A DNA stretch of 64,000 bases, taken from Pelagomonas calceolata. Taxonomy: Eukaryota. The DNA lies in assembly GCA_918797485.1 (NCBI GenBank), contig CAKKNE010000001.1, positions 1,116,001 through 1,180,000 on the forward strand. Reading direction: 5' to 3'. The notes under the pieces were generated by a model. The model searched no databases and was not told the origin of the DNA. It was given only the letters and a program-made list of their open reading frames with translations. Made by a program: the position numbers and the translations under genes. Below, one piece after another: positions 1 through 10,498 of this stretch; within the stretch, counting starts at the first letter, position 1; each line of letters starts with the position of its first letter.

Positions 1-1
1 G

Positions 2-523
2 CCGATCCACGACGGGGCGACGCCGGCCTTCATCGCGTGCTATCGGGGCAACGTGGAAATCGTGCGGTTTCTCTGCTCGCAAATGGTCAACCTCGAGACG
101 CCGAACGCGAACGGGAACACGCCCTTTGCGATCGCGGCGCAGCACCGGCGGCTCGATATCGCGGAGATTTTATTGCAGCACGGCGTGAACATCGCGCCCG
201 TGAACAAGAAGGGGAGCACGCCCTTCTTTTTTGCCTGTCAAGAAGGGAATCTCGACGTCGTCAAATTCTTGGTGCGGAACGGCGCCGACGCGCGGCTAGG
301 GAAGAACGGCATCTCGCCCTTCCACATGGCGTGTTATCGGGGTCATTTGGACGTCGTGACGTATTTGGTGGTCGAGGTCGAGGTCGACGCGCGCGCGGTC
401 GACGGGTCGGGGCGGACGCCTTTGGAAGTAGCGCGGCGCGCCAAAAAGGCGGACGTCATCAACTTCCTCGAGCAGATCGACGCGGAGAAGGACAAGGGGA
501 TTGATCCTTTGCCGCAGAAGTGA
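2..523 (+). CDS. Ankyrin-repeat protein, 3' part (starts before the window)
   Basis: Repeated G-x-T/S-P-F/L-x-x-A ankyrin units (GATPAFIAC, GNTPFAIAA, GSTPFFFAC, GISPFHMAC, GRTPLEVA); frame is open to the window edge. Confidence 0.9.
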   Translation, partial: PIHDGATPAFIACYRGNVEIVRFLCSQMVNLETPNANGNTPFAIAAQHRRLDIAEILLQHGVNIAPVNKKGSTPFFFACQEGNLDVVKFLVRNGADARLGKNGISPFHMACYRGHLDVVTYLVVEVEVDARAVDGSGRTPLEVARRAKKADVINFLEQIDAEKDKGIDPLPQK

Positions 524-636
524 CCGCGGCGACGGCGTCGAGGGGGAATCCACGAGCCTAACTAGTTTTAACAGAGACAGCGAAACAATGATTATGTCCA
601 GATGTGCGGGGACGACAAAAAAAACAAAAGGACCGC

Positions 637-1647
637 CTAGGCCCACGCCGGCACCGCGACAAAAGTAAACGCGCGCTGGTCCTCGGGCACGCGGTGGTCG
701 AAACTAACCCCGCCCTTCTCGACCTGCGAGTGCCGGTCCAAATCCAGGCCGACGCCGCGGCCCCGCGCGCCGTGCGTCAGCGTCAGGCAGAAGCCGACGC
801 GGCCGTGCGGCACTTCCACCGTCGCCTCCACCAAACCCCGTTTGAGCTCGTAGGCGCCGCGGTGCGTCTTCTCCTCGTCCCGGCGGTGCCTCGGAGTGAT
901 CTCAGGCGCGAGTCTTTTGGCCGCGAGGCGCGCGACGGCCTGTAGACCGCCCTCCGGTTCGGCAAACAAGCAATATCTCAGACTCCCGTCGGCGAAGAAC
1001 CGCAGGCAGCGCCACCACGCCGCCTCGACCCAGTAGACTTGATCTAATTCCTTCGGCGTCCACATATCGCGCCGGACCGGCTTCGAGCGAGACTGCCGCA
1101 GGGCGTAGAAACCAGATAAACGGACGCGGTCGCGGCGCGCTAGCATCTGGCGGAAGCCGCCCCAGCGCTGGGGGCGGCAGGTGCGCCAGTGGCGCCGGCA
1201 CAAGACCTCGCAGAGGATCTCGGACGTCGACCGCCGGTACCACGTCTTGCACGCGGCCGCCCCGCAGAACGCTCCTTCTATCGAGCAGTAGCCCAGCACG
1301 CGCACGGCGAGCTCCGCGGGCATTTGTAACAACAAAGAGGCGTCGTCGTCGACGTCGTCACAAGCTAATGTTGTCTGGGCGTCCTCGAAGAGCGGTATCA
1401 AGGCTTCCTCATCACTACTATCGCCGGACTCGCTCTCCTGGAGCGTCCTCGGCGTCTCGGGGCGCGCCTCGTCTTGCTGGGGCCGCGACGCCGCGAGCGC
1501 CGCCTCGAGGGCCTGGGCTTCCAGCAGATCGCCGACGCGGCGGCCGGCCGCGCGCGCGGCGGAGCGGCGCTCCTCTGATATTAGTTGGTCGTAGATGGAG
1601 TCGTCTTGAGTCGTGCCGCGGCCCCAAAAACCCCTATTGGGTGCCAT
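637..1647 (-). CDS. F-box protein, FBXO9/Hrt3-like, with UIM-like segment
   Basis: F-box LLQMPAELAVRVLGYC; RVRLSGFY and WWRCLRFFADGSL resemble the FBXO9 C-terminal domain; LEAALAASR is UIM-like. Confidence 0.75.
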   Translation of the reverse strand: MAPNRGFWGRGTTQDDSIYDQLISEERRSAARAAGRRVGDLLEAQALEAALAASRPQQDEARPETPRTLQESESGDSSDEEALIPLFEDAQTTLACDDVDDDASLLLQMPAELAVRVLGYCSIEGAFCGAAACKTWYRRSTSEILCEVLCRRHWRTCRPQRWGGFRQMLARRDRVRLSGFYALRQSRSKPVRRDMWTPKELDQVYWVEAAWWRCLRFFADGSLRYCLFAEPEGGLQAVARLAAKRLAPEITPRHRRDEEKTHRGAYELKRGLVEATVEVPHGRVGFCLTLTHGARGRGVGLDLDRHSQVEKGGVSFDHRVPEDQRAFTFVAVPAWA

Positions 1648-1809
1648 TGCTCTCTGCCGCTTCTAACGCACGCGTTACGTCCAGTCGCGAAGCCAAGGCG
1701 CAGAGCCGGATGCTGCGACTGAAAGGCAGCTGATGCCTAACTAACGCTGTCCCTGGTTGAGGCAGTGGACCGCTAGACGCATCACGCACGACGAGTAGTT
1801 TTGTCCTTT

Positions 1810-1831
1810 CTAGTGTCTTACCGGCCGCTAG
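1810..1831 (+). promoter_or_regulatory. CTAG-bounded intergenic motif copy
   Basis: ctagtgtcttaccggccgctag between divergent starts 1647(-) and 1999(+). Confidence 0.6.
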
Positions 1832-1998
1832 CTCTCAGACAGTCGCACGCGTGGTTTTGCTCACGCTCTGCGCGTTAAAAGCCAACAACCTCTTACTTAT
1901 AAGCCACCTTCGCTGCCCGAACACTTCTGTGCAATCGCTTTTGCAAATAATACACTCAACACTGCTTTGCTCTCCCAGCCGCCAGAGCCGCACACATC

Positions 1999-4177
1999 AT
2001 GGCAGACGCACCCCCACCCCCCGTGCTGCGCCGCGAGACCACGAGCGTCGAGGAGGACTGCTGCAACGCGCCGGAGCCGCCGCCGTGCACGCCCATGCAA
2101 TGCCGCGCCGCGCGCGCCAAACTCCGGAAGCACATCTGGGCCTGCGCGCGCGAGCTGCTGAAGATGCCGGATTGCTGGGCCAAGCACCAGCTCGAGAGGC
2201 GGCCGGCGCAGCGCATCCGGAGGCACCGCTACGACCCGGAAACGCAGGAGTGGCGCGTCGACGAGTCGTTGATCAAGATCGCGGCCGAGCCCTTCGACGA
2301 GGGCGCCATGCGCCAGTGCTACCGTGCGAAGAAGCTGAGCTTTGGCTACGTCCAGCGCTTCCACGCCCTCGACTGGAAAAAGGCGCAAAACTTCGTCGTA
2401 AAAAGCTACAAGACCGAGGGCGACGCGGCGCGGGCCTTCGACGACGTCCGGCTGCAGGCCGAGGCGTCGTTGTATGCGGACAAGTAAGGGATGCGGCGCG
2501 GAACTGAACTTCAGCGTGACGTGCTCTCGCGTCGACGCCGTTCAAGCCAGAGCGTGTGAAAAAACACAGGTTTAATGAGCTCGAGCCGCCGAAGCCCATT
2601 CACGTCATCGCCGCGTGCGTTTTGGAGTTAGTGGACGACCCGACGACGCCGGCGCTGTGCGCTGAACGCTTTATTGATGGGGCCGATCGGTTTGGCCGGG
2701 GCTTCGTCAAGCACAACAACAACAGCGGCTTCGTCGACCACGACGAGCACCGGTCGACGCCGCAAGCGTTCAGCAGTGCACAAATCAAATCTTCTGGCGC
2801 TTCTCGACGCGACACCTGAACTGCGCACAGGCGTTCAGCGCCTACTCGTTCTACGCCTCCGAAGGGGACGTGCTGGTCTGCGACGTCCAGGGCGTCGACG
2901 ACCTGTACACGGACCCGCAGCTGCATTCCGTCGACGAGTCGAGGGGCGAAGGTGATTTGGGCCGGCGGGGGATGGCTCTTTTTTTTGCCACGGTCGATGC
3001 CGAGGCGACCAAGGGCTTGTTCGAACCATTGGGCATCCCGCAGTTCGAGCTGTCGCCAGCAGAAAGGCGCCGCGCGGCGACGCAGGAGGACGAGGAGGAG
3101 CCCCAGAAGCGGTCGTCGGTGCGCTTTAGCGGCATCCCCGACAAGTCCACGCAGTCGCGCCACGACGAAGCCCGGCGCCTCTCGATCATGGGGGCGCGGC
3201 GCGTCCGATTGGAGGCGCAGAAGTCCTTGCGGACGCTCTGCAAGTGCGACGAGATCAATGCAGAGCTCGAGGACGTGTCGACCGCGGGCGGCGCCACCGC
3301 CTGCGCCGCCAGAGCGTTACTAGACGCCATCGACGAGAGCGCGTCTTCGGCGACGCCGCGGACGTCATACAAGCTCGAGACGGCCGTCGCCGAGGTCCAC
3401 GCCGCGCTGGCACGCCTGGAATGCGAGGCTCGGTGGACGGCGAACCCCGACGTGTATAGTGCCCTGTTCCACTGCGCCATCGCGGCGAGGCATTCGCCCT
3501 CGGCGGCCTACGCGCTGGCGCGATTTCACCGGGGGTTGGATCATCCCATCCTCCCGCTGCCCGTCGATGCGGCCAAGGAGCTGCGCGACGAGGCGCGCGC
3601 GGGGAGTCTACTTCTGAGCGCTGCTGCCGGTGGACACAATGCGGCCAAGGCGTCGTTCGCCCTCGCGGCCCTCGACGACGCGAGTGCACGAGCCATCGGT
3701 CTCGTCGGCGCGGATATCGCGGTGGCGGAGCGCTTCGTCTGCGAGGTCTGGGAGGACCGCGAGGGTGGCGGCGCCGCGGCCGCCGAGACCTTCGCCGTCG
3801 GTGATGTGGTAGAGGCAAATTATGGGGGCGAGGGGCATTGGTATCCCGGCAGAATCGCGTCGTTCGACTCCGGGAGTTACGAGATCGCGTATGACGACGG
3901 GGAGAGCGAGTCTGGTGTCTCGACGGCCAACGTGCGGCGCGCCTCGGATGTCTCGGAGGACGACGCCACGGCGGCGACGGCGGAGCCCGCGAAGGAGGAC
4001 GACGACAGCGCCCTGCCGATGCCGCTGCACGAGCTCTTCGCAGCCGTCGCCGCGGCCTACGCTTCATCGAACGCGGCGAAGGCGACCACGCTCTACGAGA
4101 AGGCCGCGGCGATCGCGCTCAAGGGCGGGAGCGCGAGCGCGGGCGTCTACCTCTCTAAGGCCGCGGCGCTCGAGTAA
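1999..4177 (+). CDS. Alpha-kinase (eEF2K/MHCK-like) with Sel1-like helices and a Tudor-like domain; exons 1999-2483, 2570-2765, 2831-4177
   Basis: Motifs PFDEGAMRQCY, VVKSY, FVKHNNNSG, TPQAFS, VCDVQGV, YTDPQLHS, GDLGRRGM. Removing introns 2484-2569 (GT-AG) and 2766-2830 (GC-AG) restores one frame. Tudor-like FAVGDVVEANYGGEGHWYPGRI..YEIAYDDGE. Confidence 0.9.
2766..2830 (+). mobile_element. Introner element, family 1 (GC-AG intron)
   Basis: Perfect 8-bp duplication gcgttcag (2766-2773 and 2831-2838); element runs cagtgcacaaatcaaat...tgaactgcgcacag with imperfect terminal inverted repeats. Confidence 0.85.
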
Positions 4178-4204
4178 GACTCTATGTGTGACTCACACAA
4201 CAAC

Positions 4205-4972
4205 TTAGGAGCTCGGCCGCGCCGCCTTCTGCACGAGGCGCTGGCGCGACGGCTCGCCCGGCAACCGTTTGTCCTCGGACGGGAAGAACCCAAAGGCCCG
4301 GTAGGGCAGCACGAGCACGTCGCCGGGCGAGCACCTTATATGAGACCCGTCCTTTGACGCGGAATCCGGCAGCTTCTGGAGCGCCGACGGGTTCCACTTC
4401 TGTAAATGTGAAATCACGGCAGACGTCAGCGCGTGCGACGGCGTGCCCGGTCGTCCCGCAGCATCTAGCAACACGGGATGCTTCTCCGTCGCCGACGCGA
4501 AGCACCAGCCGCAAAGCTCGAACGGCGACCCGTCGTCGCCGCGGAACGGCCTTGATAACCCCACAACTAACAAGTGCTCCTTTTGCAAAGGTTCATCCCG
4601 GTCGAACCGCCGGAGCCACTGCTGGATCGGCACGATGGGCATGACGTCGGGGTCGGCGTAGTAGCCCGCGAAGTGGTGTATCAGTAAAAACCGCGCCGTG
4701 CCGCCTTCCTTGTAATTTTGGGAGACGATCGACTGCTGCTGCGTCGGATCATGTGCTAGCACCACAAAGTCGCCGTCGTCGCCGTCGTTGATCATCGTCC
4801 AATCATAATAATGCGGGTAGGCGTTCTCGACGTTCTCGACGCAGGCGATGAGGCGGCCGGGGAACGCTCTTGCGCTGTGCGCTCGGGCCTTCGGGAGTTT
4901 TAATTGTGTCTTCGGGGCGTCGTCGTCGCTGATGTCTTCCGCAAATTTGTCCCACTTGGCGTAGTCAGTCAT
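4205..4972 (-). CDS. Hypothetical protein with N-terminal DYAKWDKF motif
   Basis: Globular-looking ORF beginning MTDYAKWDKFAEDISDDD (Cdc37-N-like short motif). Confidence 0.65.
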   Translation of the reverse strand: MTDYAKWDKFAEDISDDDAPKTQLKLPKARAHSARAFPGRLIACVENVENAYPHYYDWTMINDGDDGDFVVLAHDPTQQQSIVSQNYKEGGTARFLLIHHFAGYYADPDVMPIVPIQQWLRRFDRDEPLQKEHLLVVGLSRPFRGDDGSPFELCGWCFASATEKHPVLLDAAGRPGTPSHALTSAVISHLQKWNPSALQKLPDSASKDGSHIRCSPGDVLVLPYRAFGFFPSEDKRLPGEPSRQRLVQKAARPSS

Positions 4973-5129
4973 GTTTTGGCTGCGCTTCTGAGTTCTGCCG
5001 GCGCGGCGACGACGTCTAGCTCTGCCGGTCAACGTGCGGCGGCGACGGCGGTCGTGAGGAGAGCAGATGCTTGTACGCGCTGCGGCGGCGTTTTTGCTGG
5101 CTCTTGCTGGTATGCGCGGCAGCAGCGAT

Positions 5130-5191
5130 GGTTGAAATGAGCTTTAAGCGGCTCGGATGCGGTTGAAATGAGCTTTAAGCGGCTCGGATGC
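5130..5191. repeat. Perfect 31-bp tandem duplication
   Basis: ggttgaaatgagctttaagcggctcggatgc twice. Confidence 0.95.
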
Positions 5192-5244
5192 AGCCGTGCG
5201 GCCAAACGCAGCGCTGTGGGCTGAGTTGGGCTTGCTTGCCTTGC

Positions 5245-5266
5245 CTAGTGTCTTACAGGCCGCTAG
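5245..5266 (+). promoter_or_regulatory. CTAG-bounded intergenic motif copy (consensus)
   Basis: ctagtgtcttacaggccgctag between divergent genes 4972(-) and 5536(+). Confidence 0.6.
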
Positions 5267-5535
5267 CTTAATCGCAACCCGACACTTCCATTGTGCCTGT
5301 CCCCGGAGCCGATACAGGAACCCCAGAGGACTCCTACCTCTCGCTGTCCCCGGAGCTCCGTTGCTCTCACAGAGCTGTGACTCGGGCCGAACACACGCCG
5401 TCGGCGCAAATCGGTAAGGGCTGCAAAGCGGCGGAGCCGCCGAGGCGACCCTCCCACCGCGTTGCGAGGGGCTGCAGCGCCCCCATCGTGTGCGCAGCGA
5501 TTACATTCTGATTCTGCGCAGCTGACCCTTCTGCT

Positions 5536-6411
5536 ATGCGCATGCTCTTCGCCCTCCTGTGGGCGCCGGCGGCCGCCCGCGAGCTCTCCATTACTGATTT
5601 CGGTGCGGTGCCCGGTGGCGCCAACAACGCGACCGCCGCGTTTGAGAACGGGAAGGCTCTGTACGACGCGCTGCGCGCCGCGCGCAAGGGCGACGTCGTC
5701 GTCGTGCCGAGCCAACGATTCGTGATGGTGCCCTACGCGCCGCTCTACGGCCTCGAGCACGTCGAGCTGCGCCTCGAAGGCTGCCTCGCCGCCTATGAAC
5801 CGCCGCAGGGCGAGCACGCCAAGGTGTGGCCCTTCTACCTGGGCAACTTCGAGAGCCTAATCACGATCCACCTGTCGTCGCACGTGACAGTTTCGGGCGG
5901 CGGCGCCTTGGACGGCCGCGGCCACAACTGGTGGGTCGCGTTTGCGCGCAACAAGCTCGCTTCAAAACGCCCCATGCTCCTCCAGATCGACGGCTCCACG
6001 GACATTGTCGTGCGCGACATCACGATGCTCGACTCGCCAAGATTCAATCTCTATCTCGGGAGCTATTGCAAGCGGGTCCTCGTCGAGCGCGTCACGATCC
6101 TGGCGGACTGGGCGGCGCAGGCAGCGCTGCAGAAGTCCGTACCGATGTTCCCTTTCAACACCGATGGTATTGATGTGGCCGGCCGGGACGTCACGATCCG
6201 AGACATCGTCGTGTCGAACTACGACGACGTCGTCGCCGTCAAGGCCGCCGATCTGCTCTCCGACAAAACAGGGGCCGTGCCTGGCTGCACGCAGAACGTG
6301 ACCATTTACAACACCACGGTCTACCGCGGCGCCGGCCTGTCCATCGGAAGCGTGCACCCGTCGCCGCTCAAGCCCTGCGTGGGTGTCGGCCGCGGTCAAC
6401 TTCTATATTGA
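5536..6411 (+). CDS. GH28 polygalacturonase-like protein, apparently C-terminally truncated
   Basis: Signal peptide; ITDFGAV, LDGRGHNWW, NTDGIDV, DDVVAVK, GAGLSIGS. No RIK motif or remaining beta-helix follows. Confidence 0.8.
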   Translation: MRMLFALLWAPAAARELSITDFGAVPGGANNATAAFENGKALYDALRAARKGDVVVVPSQRFVMVPYAPLYGLEHVELRLEGCLAAYEPPQGEHAKVWPFYLGNFESLITIHLSSHVTVSGGGALDGRGHNWWVAFARNKLASKRPMLLQIDGSTDIVVRDITMLDSPRFNLYLGSYCKRVLVERVTILADWAAQAALQKSVPMFPFNTDGIDVAGRDVTIRDIVVSNYDDVVAVKAADLLSDKTGAVPGCTQNVTIYNTTVYRGAGLSIGSVHPSPLKPCVGVGRGQLLY

Positions 6412-6515
6412 GGTTTTAGTCCGCGTGCCCGGCGATGAGTCAGTTCGGCAATGAGCCAGTTTGAGGAGATCCCGTCCCCGGGGCGCGGCTTCCAGGGCTC
6501 CCGCGCTTAGGTGGG

Positions 6516-6537
6516 CTAGCGGCCTGTAAGACACTAG
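6516..6537 (-). promoter_or_regulatory. CTAG-bounded intergenic motif copy (reverse, consensus)
   Basis: ctagcggcctgtaagacactag is the exact reverse complement of 5245-5266; about 270 bp upstream of the cold-shock gene. Confidence 0.6.
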
Positions 6538-6807
6538 CAGCAACGACACTAGCAAGCAGCAACAGTGGCAAGCAAGCAAGTTGCAGCAGTGCACAGTCGT
6601 TCGTTGCAAAAGAGAACAGCGCGACAGGACCTACCTGTACCACAGATTCGCCACAGCCAGAACTCGCTGCGTACGGGACCTGTGTTAGTAAAACAGCGAG
6701 GTTGCCCTCGAGAGCCATTGAGGTTGCGGAGCGACGCCACGCCGTTTTGCAGAGCAAGTGGCTGCGTCGACGTCGCATCGATGGCGTGCGTCCACACAGG
6801 CCCCACG

Positions 6808-7155
6808 ATGCGATCACTTCTGGCCGCAACCTGCCTCGGCGCCGCCGCGGCGTTCGCACCCGGTTTTAAGGCGGTAACCCCGCGCGCGCGCGTCGTCGTG
6901 AACATGGAGGGCGAGGCCGACGGCTGCCGGGGCTCGGTCAAGTTCTTCTCGGACAAGGGTTATGGGTTCATCGAGCCCGACGACGGTAGCGAGGACATGT
7001 TCGTGCACTTCAGCGCCATCAACAAGAGCGGCTTCAAGAGCCTGAACGACGGCGAGACGGTCACCTACGACAAGCGCTACGACGCGGACAAGGGCAAGTG
7101 GTTCGCGGCGAACGTGGACGGGGACGGCGACGGCACGCCGCGGGAGCGGTACTAG
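6808..7155 (+). CDS. Cold-shock domain protein, probably plastid-targeted
   Basis: [18 protein letters not shown] leader; [37 protein letters not shown]. Confidence 0.9.
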   Translation: MRSLLAATCLGAAAAFAPGFKAVTPRARVVVNMEGEADGCRGSVKFFSDKGYGFIEPDDGSEDMFVHFSAINKSGFKSLNDGETVTYDKRYDADKGKWFAANVDGDGDGTPRERY

Positions 7156-7300
7156 GACGGTCTAGGACCTCGCTCGAGTCTCGACCGACACCGTTAATTC
7201 TCGTGTACGCTTACTGCCTAGAAGTAGGCCGGGTTGAGGCTCCGAATCCGCGAGTGAAGAGTGATACAACTAAACGAATTATAAAAAGCCGCGCGGACTA

Positions 7301-9040
7301 CTATCGCCGCACGTCGACGCCCTGCGCCCGCTTCAGGAAGGGCTCCTCGTAGCGCGGCGACGGCGGCCGGCCGAGCGGCCGGACGGGCACCTCGGCCAGC
7401 AGCCCCTCCAAAAACGCGAAGATGGCCGCGACCTTGTCCGCGATGCGCTTGGCGTCGGGGCCCGCTTGTACTCGCGCCCCAAACTTCGATTCGAACGCGA
7501 CCGGCTCCCACCTAGACATTTCTCGTTCACAAAGCTTCCGCCGCCGCTCCGCGGGGGCGCCTCTTTGAGTACCGAGACTGCGCCACCCGAGATCCGTCTC
7601 CAGCCATTTCACATCATGATAGGCAATCGGACCGGCCTTCTTCGCGAGACCGTCCAGATCGAACCGTCGATCCTCGGGCAAACAAACGCCGGCCGTCTTG
7701 AGCGGTGGCGTACTGACGAGACCCTTCCTTTCTTGCGACGGGTGCGGGTTCGCCGGTAGCGGTCGCGACTTTTCAGGGGTGCGGTACTGCAGCGGAATTT
7801 CTGACGGCGGTTCTCCTAACTCCGGTGGAGGCGGCCGTCGTTCCGCCATGGCCGCCCGGGCTCGGTCCTGGGCCCGTTCCGCCTCCCGGCGCTTCGCCGC
7901 TCTCGCCCTAGCTTCCGCCCGCTCCTCGCGCTCCCGTCTTTCCGCCTCGACGCGGTCGCGCTTCTCGTAGCGACCCCTCTCGCCCGCTTGGGCATCACCT
8001 TTGGCGTAGAACTTCTTCTTCGCCTTGCGTGCTCTTTCTTCCTCGATCTCGGCCGACAGGAAGTCGTCGTCGCCGGCCGGCCAAAAACCGTCCGGCGGTC
8101 TGTTGGCGAACATGGGCGTCGTGTCTAACGATGAGGACGAGTCCAATCGTGACATCTTCGGCGAGACGGCGCTGAAGTCTATCGATGAGGTGGAATCCTG
8201 CCTCGATAACTTGCGGGAAAAAGAATTTTTTCTCTCCAGAGAAAACGAGTCCTGCCGGGGCAGGTTCTTGCCGTCCAAGTTGATCTTGCGGATGGGCCGT
8301 CCGCTATCTAGAGCCGCGGTGCCCGGGCGACTACTGCCGGTGGTCTGGCGCCGGTTCTTCTCGAGGCGCTTGCGGCCAAGACCGCGGTCCGCGCTCTGGG
8401 TCTGCAGAGGCGCCGCTTGACCGGGCGAGCCGTTGCCGTACATCCGATCCAAGCGCTTCTGCTCCGCATCTTTCCGGCGCTGCTCCTCGAAGGAGCCGCG
8501 GCCCCTCGTAAGCGCTTCGTTTAGTTGACGGGCGAGATCGTCCTCTCCCGGATCACCGTTCGCGTCAATCCTACAAACTCTGAGAGGAGCCACATCGATG
8601 GCGCCCGTCTGGCGGTCGAAGCCCACGGCCATGAAGACCTTGCCGTCCTCGAGCTTCGAACCCACGTCTCGCGCTGCAGGTACCTTGCGCGGCGGGCTCT
8701 GGAGCGGCACGCCCGTCGCGCGGCTCTTGGCGAAGTCCGAATAGGTTCGTGGGAGAGGCACGTCTTCATCACGGACGTCCGTGCCCCTTCTGATAGCCTT
8801 CGCGAGGCCCCCGGCGTGCTGCCGGTTGTTGTCGTCGTCCCGCAGCGCCTCCACAAAATTCCCCTTCTCCACGAACTTGCTATGGTCAATACCACGTTCC
8901 GTGCAGAGCTTCTTGAGCTGTTTTATCGAATGACTCTCGAAGTCCTCGCTCTTATTGAGTCGACTGGCTTTCGGCGAGCCGGGCGCCTTCTCGGGCGTGA
9001 CGCGCTGCTGCGGCGGCGAGCGGCGGAAGAAGCGCCGCAT
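7301..9040 (-). CDS. Hypothetical protein with SAP/HeH-like motif and degenerate J-like C-terminus
   Basis: SIKQLKKLCTERGIDHSKFVEKGNFVEAL; low-complexity middle; EMSRWEPVAFESKFG resembles RWHPDKF. Confidence 0.65.
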   Translation of the reverse strand: MRRFFRRSPPQQRVTPEKAPGSPKASRLNKSEDFESHSIKQLKKLCTERGIDHSKFVEKGNFVEALRDDDNNRQHAGGLAKAIRRGTDVRDEDVPLPRTYSDFAKSRATGVPLQSPPRKVPAARDVGSKLEDGKVFMAVGFDRQTGAIDVAPLRVCRIDANGDPGEDDLARQLNEALTRGRGSFEEQRRKDAEQKRLDRMYGNGSPGQAAPLQTQSADRGLGRKRLEKNRRQTTGSSRPGTAALDSGRPIRKINLDGKNLPRQDSFSLERKNSFSRKLSRQDSTSSIDFSAVSPKMSRLDSSSSLDTTPMFANRPPDGFWPAGDDDFLSAEIEEERARKAKKKFYAKGDAQAGERGRYEKRDRVEAERREREERAEARARAAKRREAERAQDRARAAMAERRPPPPELGEPPSEIPLQYRTPEKSRPLPANPHPSQERKGLVSTPPLKTAGVCLPEDRRFDLDGLAKKAGPIAYHDVKWLETDLGWRSLGTQRGAPAERRRKLCEREMSRWEPVAFESKFGARVQAGPDAKRIADKVAAIFAFLEGLLAEVPVRPLGRPPSPRYEEPFLKRAQGVDVRR

Positions 9041-9492
9041 CGCGCTACGGCTGCGCGCGCGGGGGCTGCCGGCGCTGGGGACCAGGTGCCTAGTTCACTT
9101 GATAACGTGCCGCATGCTCGGAACCGCGGCGCGCGCGCCGCGCCCGGGGCGCATCTATGAAATGGCGCCGGCCCATGGCTGCCCGCGGCGCTCCAGGCGG
9201 CGCTACAACTTGGCGCAAAGGCTGTTGTGTGATGCCGCTGCACGGACCCCGCACCGCACGGGCCGGGCCCGCGCGCCTTGCTTGATCCCTCTCCCGCCTT
9301 CGGAGCGGTCGGGCGGAGCACTCCCGGCGCGCGAGGACCCGTCGCACGGCGGCGGCACTGGCCATCTCTCGACGAGCTCCGCGGCGTCGCGGCGTGCGAG
9401 CGCTGCCATTCGCACGCATCGTCCCAAGCGACCGCCTGCGCGCGCAGCGTTACGCGTCGTCGAAGCTGCCCCAACGCGTCGCACCGGAAAGC

Positions 9493-10236
9493 ATGCGGCA
9501 TTATGGGCTGCTCCTCGGCTGCCTCACGCTCACCCATGGAGACGACGCCGCGCCGAAAATACAAGCATCGGTCCACGCCCCAGCTGTGGTGGAGGCGGCG
9601 GAGTTCGTCGTCGAGGAGCTGTCGAAGCTCTCCGATTCAGGCGTCTACGAAACGCTCACGCTCGCGCAGATCGTAAGCGCGCAAACGCAGCGGGGCGTGT
9701 TTCACGAGAACACTTTTTTGACGCTGGAGTTGGCGTCGCCGCACTTCCTGTCGCGCAACGCCACCGAAAGGTTTGAAGTGATTGACATGGTGCGAACCGA
9801 CGACAAGTCGCGATCCTTCGCTATTGATACTTTCCCGGAGATGTCCGAGGAGTCTATCGAAGAGTTTTCGATCCGCAATGTGGAACGACGAAGAGCTTTG
9901 CGGGAACAAGCATTTGAAGAGCTCGAGTTGGACGCCTGCGCCGCCGGTCTCTGCGATGACAGTGACGACGCGGCGTCCTACCTCGAGAGGTCCTCTTCTT
10001 CACTGTTAGAGGAGCTCAAGGACAGCTCGCAATATCCCGATCGGCGGCGACGGGCCCAGGACGCTCTGGAACGGCGTGCGAAGGAGGATAGAATGAGGCA
10101 TTTGGTGGATTTGCATGCTAGGTCGTCCTACGAGCTGGACCAGATCGCGTCGAACGAAAATGATTTCGCGGTGCGGCGGGCGCTGGCGAAGCAGTTGCTG
10201 GACGAGCGGCTCGCGTTGGAAGATAAGAAAGGGTAA
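9493..10236 (+). CDS. Secreted protein, possible cystatin-like fold
   Basis: Signal peptide; PAVVEAAEFVVEEL..LAQIVSAQTQRGVF..TFLTLEL follows the cystatin helix/strand pattern. Confidence 0.55.
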   Translation: MRHYGLLLGCLTLTHGDDAAPKIQASVHAPAVVEAAEFVVEELSKLSDSGVYETLTLAQIVSAQTQRGVFHENTFLTLELASPHFLSRNATERFEVIDMVRTDDKSRSFAIDTFPEMSEESIEEFSIRNVERRRALREQAFEELELDACAAGLCDDSDDAASYLERSSSSLLEELKDSSQYPDRRRRAQDALERRAKEDRMRHLVDLHARSSYELDQIASNENDFAVRRALAKQLLDERLALEDKKG

Positions 10237-10498
10237 ATAAGGGTTGTGTTTTATTTCGTTGTTACGGCGCTAGGACTAGTGGGCGGAGCCCCGCGCGTCG
10301 CCGATTCATCGGCGGGGGGCGCGTGCCGCTTCTTTAATAACAGCATACCGCCTTCTAAGCAAAACCGCCTCGGCAAGAACCCCACAGTGTGCGCCAAAAT
10401 AGCTAGTGGCGGTGTCGCTAGGTAGCTTCCACCGATAATTCGGCAGCAGTTCAGATATCTCGGTGTAGCGCTCCTCAGTTGCATCGTATTACTGAACG

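Noticed and set aside
5130..5191. 31-bp repeat pair as a mini-CRISPR
   Set aside because: There is no spacer; it is a simple tandem duplication.
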